A stretch of DNA of 38,641 nt from positions 1-38,641 of IMG/VR virus record IMGVR_UViG_3300046318_000254; one strand, 5' to 3'. The translations under genes were made by a program, and so were the position numbers. This DNA comes from a virus (Duplodnaviria; Caudoviricetes). The notes under the pieces were generated by a model. The model was not told the origin of the DNA, did not search any database, and saw nothing but the letters and a program-made list of their open reading frames with translations. Within the stretch, counting starts at the first letter, position 1, and each line of letters begins with the position of its first letter. Of this stretch, positions 16,519 through 22,661 are shown piece after piece.

Positions 16519-16690
16519 AGGCCTGATGCGCGATATGCCACACGTCGTTGCTTCCTGCCTGCACCAGCGCCTGCATGGCCAGCCCAGCCAGCCAAAGGCG
16601 GTCAGCAGCGCGATCTGCGCCAGTTACGGGCATCGGGCTACCCTGCATCATCTCGACGCTGTAGAGGCCCTCTTCGATGTCGTCTTTCAT
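16469..16690 (-). CDS. Small phage protein of the R-x3-AG-x-AMQ...AY-x2-ADAML type
   Basis: ATG 16690 after AGGAG; RLWLAGLAMQALV...AYAMADAMLE. Confidence 0.7.
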   Translation of the reverse strand: MKDDIEEGLYSVEMMQGSPMPVTGADRAADRLWLAGLAMQALVQAGSNDVWHIAHQAYAMADAMLEVGDRVGY

Positions 16691-16860
16691 TTCGTCTTCT
16701 CCTTTTTGAGTTCTTCTAAGATCAGGTCGGCCACCCACACGGCATCCAAACAAGAACGACGGCCACCACTTGCAAGGATACCCGCCGCAAGCGTTCCAGC
16801 CAACCACAGGCGCTTCATCTCGTGGCTGTTTTCTTTCAGCACTTCATCAGACCATAGCAT
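16687..16860 (-). CDS. Small protein paralogous to the downstream gene
   Basis: Manual translation, 57 aa MLWSDEVLKENSHEMKRLWLAGTLAAGILAS...AVWVADLILEELKKEKTK; ATGA coupling at 16687-16690. Confidence 0.6.
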   Translation of the reverse strand: MLWSDEVLKENSHEMKRLWLAGTLAAGILASGGRRSCLDAVWVADLILEELKKEKTK

Positions 16861-17038
16861 TGCTGGTTATCCTTATCCGTTTGAAGTCCGCCTTAAGCTC
16901 CCGCCGCAGGTCAGACATGTGTTCACCTTCATAAACGCCGCACGGCAGCTCCACTGTCCAGCGGTCGCTCGTGCTGTAATAGCGCACGGGGAAGCGTTCC
17001 CCCGTGGCCTCAAACAGCACCCAAAGATTGTCTCTCAT
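16847..17038 (-). CDS. Hypothetical protein
   Basis: 63 aa, CAACCATGGAGG leader. Confidence 0.65.
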   Translation of the reverse strand: MRDNLWVLFEATGERFPVRYYSTSDRWTVELPCGVYEGEHMSDLRRELKADFKRIRITSNAMV

Positions 17039-17125
17039 TCCATCACCTCCATGGTTGGTCCCAGCACCATATCAGGCCCGCGTCTGGGGGCAACAAAAAA
17101 AATGTCACCAACACACATTTTCTTG

Positions 17126-17154
17126 TTGCAACGTACGCAAACACTCTATAAGAA
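17126..17154 (+). promoter_or_regulatory. Sigma70-like promoter
   Basis: TTGCAA-17 nt (begins CGTACG)-TAAGAA. Confidence 0.6.
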
Positions 17155-17189
17155 TAGTTACATCGAAACCAACCACACAGGAGACTACC

Positions 17190-17471
17190 ATGTCCTTCCA
17201 ATCCGCCATCTCCCTCGCCGACCGTTACGCCGCCGCCAAGGGTGCCGCAGATGCCGCAGTCGCAGCCCTCGACGCCATCAAGGCCGAGATCAAGGCCGCT
17301 GGCATCGAACGCCACATCGGCGTCACCTGCGACGTTGTCCTAGCCCTGTCCGAGCAGCGCCGCATCGACAACGCCCTGCTTCAGGCCTTCTTGACCGAAG
17401 AACAGATCGAAGCCTGCAAGAAGCCCGTGCTGGTCGAACGCATCACCATCAAGCCCAAAGGCATCAAGTAA
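17190..17471 (+). CDS. Hypothetical protein, stand-alone transcription unit
   Basis: 93 aa from ATG 17190 after CAACCACACAGGAGAC; strong GC3 bias; own terminator. Confidence 0.8.
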   Translation: MSFQSAISLADRYAAAKGAADAAVAALDAIKAEIKAAGIERHIGVTCDVVLALSEQRRIDNALLQAFLTEEQIEACKKPVLVERITIKPKGIK

Positions 17472-17488
17472 GTCAGCAACACTGACCT

Positions 17489-17513
17489 AAAAAGCCCCCT
17501 CCGGGGGGCTTTT
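17489..17513 (+). terminator. Bidirectional Rho-independent terminator
   Basis: AAAAAGCCCCCTCCGGGGGGCTTTT. Confidence 0.8.
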
Positions 17514-17534
17514 CTCGTTACGCTACTCGGTTTT

Positions 17535-17831
17535 TGCGACGTTACTGGCACCAACTATCCCATTGATATTGATGGGCATTCGAGTAAGTAGAAGTTAAAA
17601 GTAGCGTCCCTTTATATAATACCTATTACCCATACAGAAAATCGACCCTTAACGCACCCCCCTTATAATGACTTTTAATAATCAAAACCAAAAAGGAGGC
17701 TTAAGAGAGACGCTACTTCTACTTCTTACTATATATAAAATATATATATATATATGATATATATATATAAAATGACTATTTTAAGTTAGAAAGTGCCGTC
17801 CCAAAGGCATTGTCGTAGCTGCGACGTTACT
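17535..17831. other. AT-rich non-coding region with TA tract and repeats; putative replication origin
   Basis: TA run ~17730-17772; TGCGACGTTACT direct repeat (17535-17546, 17820-17831); AAGTAGCGTC/GACGCTACTT inverted repeat (17599-17608, 17709-17718). Confidence 0.5.
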
Positions 17832-17911
17832 TTTCTACTTTTTGGCTGTTTACACACAAGCTCCAATCCACTACCAATGGCGACACGCAACCCAAATGGA
17901 GTGTCAGCCAC

Positions 17912-18274
17912 ATGGACAACTTAGTTTTAGTGAGAAAAAGAAACCGCGCCGAAGTTTTGGAGAATGCCCGCAAGGGACGGCCAAAGCGTGAAACCTTCGC
18001 CCTGCGCCGCTATGGCGACGCCTTCATCATCTGCCTGCCGCATGGTGTCACCGCCGATGGCGATAAGGTTGACTTCTACCTGTCCAGCGAAGGCTTCGCG
18101 GTCAAGATCGGCCCCGATTGCAGCCGCACCGTGTCGGGCAAGAAAAGCACCAAGACGGCAGCCGTCCCGATTGACGTACGCCAGCGCCTACAGTTGCTGC
18201 CAGAGGGGTCTAGAAGCCTCGCGGCGCAGGAAATGCCCGGCAACATGTGGTACTTCCCGTTCAGCACGATATGA
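17912..18274 (+). CDS. Hypothetical protein (possible AbrB-like swapped hairpin)
   Basis: 120 aa, GGAG RBS, followed by terminator. Confidence 0.7.
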   Translation: MDNLVLVRKRNRAEVLENARKGRPKRETFALRRYGDAFIICLPHGVTADGDKVDFYLSSEGFAVKIGPDCSRTVSGKKSTKTAAVPIDVRQRLQLLPEGSRSLAAQEMPGNMWYFPFSTI

Positions 18275-18277
18275 TAG

Positions 18278-18304
18278 AAAAAAGGGGCCTTTACGGCCCC
18301 TTTT
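18278..18304. terminator. Bidirectional terminator between convergent genes
   Basis: AAAAAAGGGGCC TTTAC GGCCCCTTTT. Confidence 0.8.
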
Positions 18305-18381
18305 CCCACGGTGGTCTTGAAACGCTGATCGGTATCCTTGGCAGTGCCCCGACCGACGCTGTGGTGTTCCTGTCCGGCACC

Positions 18382-18657
18382 TCAACCGTTTTCTTGGTCA
18401 TCCGGGTACACCTTTGCAAATGGGAACGGCGCGTCCATGCGGTTGTCCTTGATGTGCTTGTAGGTCAGCCGGGCAATGTCAAACGCCCGCTCCACGACAG
18501 CCCCGGCGGGAATATCGGTGGCATTGCAAAGGCGTTCGATCAGCACCATCGCAAAGCCCGCTTCCATGCTTGGCGTACGGTTTTTGACGGCCACGAAATG
18601 CTCATCGAAGGTATCAACGACCAAGGTGCTGTCGCCGTTTTTGATCAAGGTTTTCAT
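18382..18657 (-). CDS. Hypothetical protein
   Basis: 91 aa, ATGA coupled. Confidence 0.7.
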   Translation of the reverse strand: MKTLIKNGDSTLVVDTFDEHFVAVKNRTPSMEAGFAMVLIERLCNATDIPAGAVVERAFDIARLTYKHIKDNRMDAPFPFAKVYPDDQENG

Positions 18658-18992
18658 TCCAGTTCTCCCTTTTCGCGCTGGACTTCCCAGTCGCTTTTCA
18701 CTTTTTCCACGGTATATGGGGCGGCTATTCGCAACAGGTTGCGGCTTGCCGTCCCCTTCTTATTGATCTTGGCGAACTTTCTGGTGCCGACAAGAATGCA
18801 ATTTATTTCCACGCCGTCTTTCCTGACGATCACGGTGTCGTGCAGGCCGATCCCGGCGCTCCGCAAGATGGTATAGAAGGCCACGGCATCGGCCATTCTG
18901 TACCTGTCCAGCGCAACCTTTGCGGCCCTCTGCGCTGCAAGGTATTCCAAGCGGGTTTCCCCGCTTAGAACCTCGGAAATATGCACCTGCAT
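18654..18992 (-). CDS. Hypothetical protein
   Basis: 112 aa, tightly packed in operon. Confidence 0.7.
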   Translation of the reverse strand: MQVHISEVLSGETRLEYLAAQRAAKVALDRYRMADAVAFYTILRSAGIGLHDTVIVRKDGVEINCILVGTRKFAKINKKGTASRNLLRIAAPYTVEKVKSDWEVQREKGELE

Positions 18993-18993
18993 C

Positions 18994-19380
18994 CTACGCC
19001 GCCTGTTCGAGGATGTTGGACGACAGCTTGTCCATCATGGCGGTCAGCGGGTTCAGAAACTCCACCTCAACGCCGATCTCGCGGCCTTGGTCGATCAGGC
19101 GGCCCACCGATGCGATGAACGCCTCTTTCTGGATTTCAGCCACCGACTTCAGGCCGTTGATGTACTCCTCGGTATCTTCAAGCAGGCTGTCAAAGCCATC
19201 GGCGGCTTCGATGTGGATGAAGTGGTACTGGTATTCGCTGCCAGCCTTGTAGGCGATGTTGGCCGTCAGTTCGCGGGTAGAAAAGCCGACCGAAACTTCA
19301 ACCTTGGGGCTGTTGAAGCCCTTGTTGGTCAACAGATTTTCCAGACGGTTGATCTCGCGCAGGATGTCAGTAGCGTTCAT
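18994..19380 (-). CDS. Hypothetical early protein
   Basis: 128 aa, CAACCACAAAGGAGAC leader. Confidence 0.8.
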   Translation of the reverse strand: MNATDILREINRLENLLTNKGFNSPKVEVSVGFSTRELTANIAYKAGSEYQYHFIHIEAADGFDSLLEDTEEYINGLKSVAEIQKEAFIASVGRLIDQGREIGVEVEFLNPLTAMMDKLSSNILEQAA

Positions 19381-19413
19381 GGTAGTCTCCTTTGTGGTTG
19401 GGTTGGTTATTTA

Positions 19414-19442
19414 TACTTATGCGATTATTTCGGGTAGTGCAA
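19414..19442 (-). promoter_or_regulatory. Sigma70-like promoter
   Basis: TTGCAC-17 nt-TAAGTA. Confidence 0.55.
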
Positions 19443-19622
19443 CACAATTCTTGCGATTTCTTCTTTGCTGTACATTATGTCGGCATCGCGTATCGCCCGG
19501 CAGGCCTTGACCACATATTCCCCGGTCAGGCCAAACTTTCTCGCCACATAGGACGGCGGTTTGACCTTCCGCATCTTTAGGATGGCCAGCATCTGTTCAT
19601 CCTTCTGTCTTGCTGTAGGCAT
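19425..19622 (-). CDS. Small HTH-like protein
   Basis: PPSYVARKFGLTGEYVVK resembles an HTH. Confidence 0.55.
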   Translation of the reverse strand: MPTARQKDEQMLAILKMRKVKPPSYVARKFGLTGEYVVKACRAIRDADIMYSKEEIARIVLHYPK

Positions 19623-19932
19623 ATCGCGCCACCGCCTCCCTGATCCTCGTTTCGCTCCTCTTACTGGGACGCCGCAGCGCCCCCCTGATGTAATGCTCTC
19701 GGAAACCCAGCGCCAAGGACGCTGCCGTCATGCTCGGAAACTCGACCCCGTGCAGGACGATCTTGTTGCCGTCGTACCTGTCACGGGGTTTTCGCCAGTT
19801 TCCCATACCGATCCCGATACTATCCTGCCGCCCTTCGGTCATAAGTCTGTAGATGTAGCTTTCGCTGACACCATGCGCCTGCGAGGCTTCGCGCACCGTC
19901 TCGTAGGTCACGCCCCTGATCCTCACGCGCAT
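19597..19932 (-). CDS. NUMOD1-like tandem HTH DNA-binding protein
   Basis: IRGVTYETVREASQAHGVS and LHGVEFPSMTAASLALGF repeats. Confidence 0.65.
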   Translation of the reverse strand: MRVRIRGVTYETVREASQAHGVSESYIYRLMTEGRQDSIGIGMGNWRKPRDRYDGNKIVLHGVEFPSMTAASLALGFREHYIRGALRRPSKRSETRIREAVARYAYSKTEG

Positions 19933-20093
19933 AGCTGGTAGACCCCCAGCAGCACCACGATGGCCGCCGCGATGCCCAGTGGCACCGACAGCCCGTTCAG
20001 TTCAGGTGGTAGGCTTGCGATGGCCGTGATGGTGATGGCGAAGAACGCCGCATAGGCCACGATCACGATGGCCATGATTTGGATCAGCATCAT
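19923..20093 (-). CDS. Small membrane protein (two hydrophobic segments)
   Basis: Manual: MMLIQIMAIVIVAYAAFFAITITAIASLPPELNGLSVPLGIAAIVVLLGVYQLCA. Confidence 0.55.
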   Translation of the reverse strand: MMLIQIMAIVIVAYAAFFAITITAIASLPPELNGLSVPLGIAAAIVVLLGVYQLCA

Positions 20094-20224
20094 TTCCGCC
20101 ACCTCTTGTAATCGTCCACCGCCTCAAGCGCGGCGATCACCATCAAAATGGCTATGCACACAACCGCGCATAATAGGGAAAGCGCCCCAATAAAAAAGCC
20201 TATCACCATGATGATCTCCCACAT
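20090..20224 (-). CDS. Small membrane protein
   Basis: Manual: 44 aa MWEIIMVIGFFIGALSLLCAVVCIAILMVIAALEAVDDYKRWRK; ATGA coupled. Confidence 0.5.
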   Translation of the reverse strand: MWEIIMVIGFFIGALSLLCAVVCIAILMVIAALEAVDDYKRWRK

Positions 20225-20231
20225 CCCTAAT

Positions 20232-20516
20232 TCAAACAATCTCATCGCGTGTCTCCAGACTTAGGCTTTCCAGTGCCTTGATGCGGTTTTCGTGTGCCAG
20301 CATGATCTGGTGCATCCGCAGCCAGTTTTGGTGGCTATCGCCATGATCAAAACCCAGAAGGGTTTGGATACGCTTCTGCTCTTTGAACATCTCCTCCTGT
20401 TCTGGCGTCCGCTTGTCGGTGATGTAAACCTCCAGCTTTTCCAACTCCCTGAGATGTTCTTCGACCATGTCGGCGCGGGTTTGTTTCTTGCCTAATAGTT
20501 TTTTCAGCCACTTCAT
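20232..20516 (-). CDS. Hypothetical protein
   Basis: 94 aa, GGAGG RBS. Confidence 0.7.
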   Translation of the reverse strand: MKWLKKLLGKKQTRADMVEEHLRELEKLEVYITDKRTPEQEEMFKEQKRIQTLLGFDHGDSHQNWLRMHQIMLAHENRIKALESLSLETRDEIV

Positions 20517-20599
20517 TTCATTTCCTCCAGTTTATCCAGCCAAGCAAGAATAGCCTCCTTGGCCGAGTTGTAGGTTTTTCCCCGCACGGTAAATTTCAT
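20513..20599 (-). CDS. 28-aa minigene, single NUMOD1-like repeat
   Basis: MKFTVRGKTYNSAKEAILAWLDKLEEMK, ATGA-coupled on both sides. Confidence 0.5.
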   Translation of the reverse strand: MKFTVRGKTYNSAKEAILAWLDKLEEMK

Positions 20600-20838
20600 T
20601 TCATTTCCCCCAGTTCAGCCAGCACGGCGCGGGCAATAAGGCTGTCATCAGCGTCCCACGGCAGCGCCTCAACAGCGTAATACCGCAGCGCCTCCACCGC
20701 CTTGGCAAAAAGATCAGCGCGGACATATTCTTCATCCCCATCATGTTGATCACCGCCCCAAGCACCTGTATCCCACTCAGGTTCTCCGTCAGCATCTTTG
20801 CAGCTATCGACCCAAATTCTTTTTGGAGCTTTCATCAC
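20596..20838 (-). CDS. Hypothetical mosaic phage protein
   Basis: APKRIW...EYVRADL...AKAVEALR...ARAVLAEL. Confidence 0.7.
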   Translation of the reverse strand: MMKAPKRIWVDSCKDADGEPEWDTGAWGGDQHDGDEEYVRADLFAKAVEALRYYAVEALPWDADDSLIARAVLAELGEMK

Positions 20839-21290
20839 TTTCCCTCCAGTTTAGCCAGCGTGGTGCGGGCTTTATCGAAGGCGCAGCGGTAGCAATCACA
20901 GCCGTCATTATGCTGATCCGCAAAACGCAATGGGTTTACTTTGTCCCAATAAGGAATGATCCCACGCAGCGACTCCACCGCCTTGGCAAGTTTGGCTTCG
21001 GCCTTCATGCGCTTACTAACTTGATCCCTCGCAAGAGCAATCATGGCCGAATGTCCATCAATGCCAAAAGCTTTTAGGCCAGCCAGACCCTCTGCTATTG
21101 CGCGCTTTGTGACTGCTTCATCACGCTCCAGCTCCAACTGTTCGATGCGGTCTTCATGCAGTTTGCGTTCTGCTTCCATAGCGTTGGCATAGCCACGTTG
21201 TTCTGCTTTAGTCAGTTCATCCAGATCGTCACTCATTCCCAGCTTTTCCTTGACAGCGTTTAGTGTTTCTCTCGCAAAACTTTCACTCAT
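20835..21290 (-). CDS. Hypothetical mosaic coiled-coil protein
   Basis: ATG 21290 overlaps upstream stop; DRIEQLE and KLAKAVESLR modules. Confidence 0.65.
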   Translation of the reverse strand: MSESFARETLNAVKEKLGMSDDLDELTKAEQRGYANAMEAERKLHEDRIEQLELERDEAVTKRAIAEGLAGLKAFGIDGHSAMIALARDQVSKRMKAEAKLAKAVESLRGIIPYWDKVNPLRFADQHNDGCDCYRCAFDKARTTLAKLEGK

Positions 21291-21571
21291 TTTGGTTCCT
21301 CCTGCAGCAAAGTAAGGATAGCGTGTTGAATATCGACCGCAGCCATAAGCATTGATTGCCAATCACGCTTTTCTTTCTTGTCAGTCGCTGCCCGCATTTT
21401 TGCGCCGTAGGCTTCGATCCCGCTGTTAGCTATGGCTGATGCTTTGTGGATTGCAGCGTTCCATGCCTGATCCCGCTCACGCTCCAACTGTTCGATGCGG
21501 TCGGCGGAAGTTTTGGGCCGATGCGTAGCGCAGTCTGCAATGTCGCATATGGGGCATACTCGGACTGTCAT
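21287..21571 (-). CDS. Hypothetical mosaic protein
   Basis: MTVRVCPICDIADC...ADRIEQLERERDQA; ATGA coupled. Confidence 0.65.
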   Translation of the reverse strand: MTVRVCPICDIADCATHRPKTSADRIEQLERERDQAWNAAIHKASAIANSGIEAYGAKMRAATDKKEKRDWQSMLMAAVDIQHAILTLLQEEPK

Positions 21572-21741
21572 TTCCCGCACTCCCCATTCCACGCCCACTG
21601 CCCGTTTTCAGGGCAGTACATAGCAAGACCACGCTCCACCGTGTCTGCTTTCCAAAGGTTGTTTGTCACTCCCCAAGAGGCTACCGCCAGCAATAGGCCA
21701 AACCATATGCCAAGCCATAGGACAGCAATTGTTTCAGTCAT
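21568..21741 (-). CDS. Small membrane-anchored protein
   Basis: Manual: 57 aa MTETIAVLWLGIWFGLLLAVASWG...YCPENGQWAWNGECGK; ATGA coupled both ends. Confidence 0.6.
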   Translation of the reverse strand: MTETIAVLWLGIWFGLLLAVASWGVTNNLWKADTVERGLAMYCPENGQWAWNGECGK

Positions 21742-22067
21742 TCCTTGACCTCCACATACTTCGCGGCGGTGCTGATTGCGGAAAGTTTAGCCCATGCCAT
21801 TGCTTTTTCTTTTGCATCATAAGCATGGAAAATACCGTCTTTGTACTCATTCACCCAGATCGTCTTAGGTTCGACGTGGACCTTGGTTACCTGAAAGCAC
21901 ACGATGTCACCGTCATCGCCTTGATGACCCCACCAAAGCTGGTCAGCGGAACTGTCAGAACTTCCGACCGTACCTCGCAACCACACGTTTACCTCACTCT
22001 TAGGATGAACAGGACATTCACCGCCGTTCCAGCCCCAGATTTGTCCGTTTTCATAGTCGTTCATCAC
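21738..22067 (-). CDS. Hypothetical protein
   Basis: 109 aa; WNGGECPV...V.V.LR...DIV motif frequent in small phage proteins. Confidence 0.7.
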   Translation of the reverse strand: MMNDYENGQIWGWNGGECPVHPKSEVNVWLRGTVGSSDSSADQLWWGHQGDDGDIVCFQVTKVHVEPKTIWVNEYKDGIFHAYDAKEKAMAWAKLSAISTAAKYVEVKE

Positions 22068-22447
22068 TGCACCTCATCGTAAAAAATGTGGTTGCCGTAC
22101 ATCCCGACCATCTGCATGTCGGTGACCCAGTACGGCTTGGCGTCACGGGTGGCGTAGTGGGTCGCCCCAGTGCAAAACTCGCACCCGTAAAGCAGCGTTT
22201 CGTTGGCGATGATCTGGGCTTCCAGCCACGCCACGGCGTCCTTGGGGCGGTCGCTCTTGCCGTCTTCGGTCCAGCTAAACTGCCCATGCTCCCAGACAAC
22301 GCCGCAGACGGTCTTGGGGTACCCGTCCCGCTCGACGCGCTCCATGACGACCTCTGCGATAAGCTTCTGGCCGTCATAGCTTTCGCCGCGACCCTCAAAG
22401 TAAACGTTCATGGCCAAACAGGTGGCCGCTGCTGTTGTGATGATCAT
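22064..22447 (-). CDS. SleB-type cell wall hydrolase (Hydrolase_2)
   Basis: CLAMNVYFEGRGE, YPKTVCGVV, QFSW, GATHY, GNHIFY. Confidence 0.9.
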   Translation of the reverse strand: MIITTAAATCLAMNVYFEGRGESYDGQKLIAEVVMERVERDGYPKTVCGVVWEHGQFSWTEDGKSDRPKDAVAWLEAQIIANETLLYGCEFCTGATHYATRDAKPYWVTDMQMVGMYGNHIFYDEVQ

Positions 22448-22602
22448 TTCTTCACGCAAATCCCATAGACCCCGTGACCAAAGGTATCCAGTTCTTCAGC
22501 CGCAGCCAAAGCCGTCTGGCAGTTTTCGAGGCTGTAGAACTCGTAGCCCGCGCTGCTCGACGCATGGGAACCTGTCGTCAGCAGGATTAAGACGTAGATC
22601 AT
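22444..22602 (-). CDS. Small secreted/membrane protein
   Basis: Manual: 52 aa MIYVLILLTTGS...EFYSLENCQTA...GICVKK after CAACCACGGAGAC leader and a TTGACG box at 22660-22665. Confidence 0.65.
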   Translation of the reverse strand: MIYVLILLTTGSHASSSAGYEFYSLENCQTALAAAEELDTFGHGVYGICVKK

Positions 22603-22661
22603 TTCAGTCTCCGTGGTTGTGGTTGGTCGTTCTCAACTATTGCGACATTTCAACCCTTGCG

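Noticed and set aside
16801-16810. CAACCACAGG on the plus strand
   Set aside because: Lies antisense within a coding region with no suitable downstream gene; likely coincidental.
13740-17190. Repeated leader motifs as a CRISPR-like array
   Set aside because: Repeats are only 7-13 nt, irregularly spaced and separated by whole genes; no cas genes.
16526-17485. 319-aa ORF and the N-terminal extension of 17004-17471
   Set aside because: They cross divergent promoters and minus-strand genes; the true start is ATG 17190 with a clear leader.
18306-18381. tRNA-sized intergenic segment with some pairing (GGTG...CACC, TCGGT/ACCGA)
   Set aside because: No cloverleaf, T-arm or CCA could be built; could be a structured 3' UTR, but unsupported without a covariance search.
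19923-22447. SleB hydrolase plus small membrane proteins as a lysis cassette
   Set aside because: They lie in an early-type operon, are not adjacent, and no spanin pair is evident; holin assignment is unsupported.
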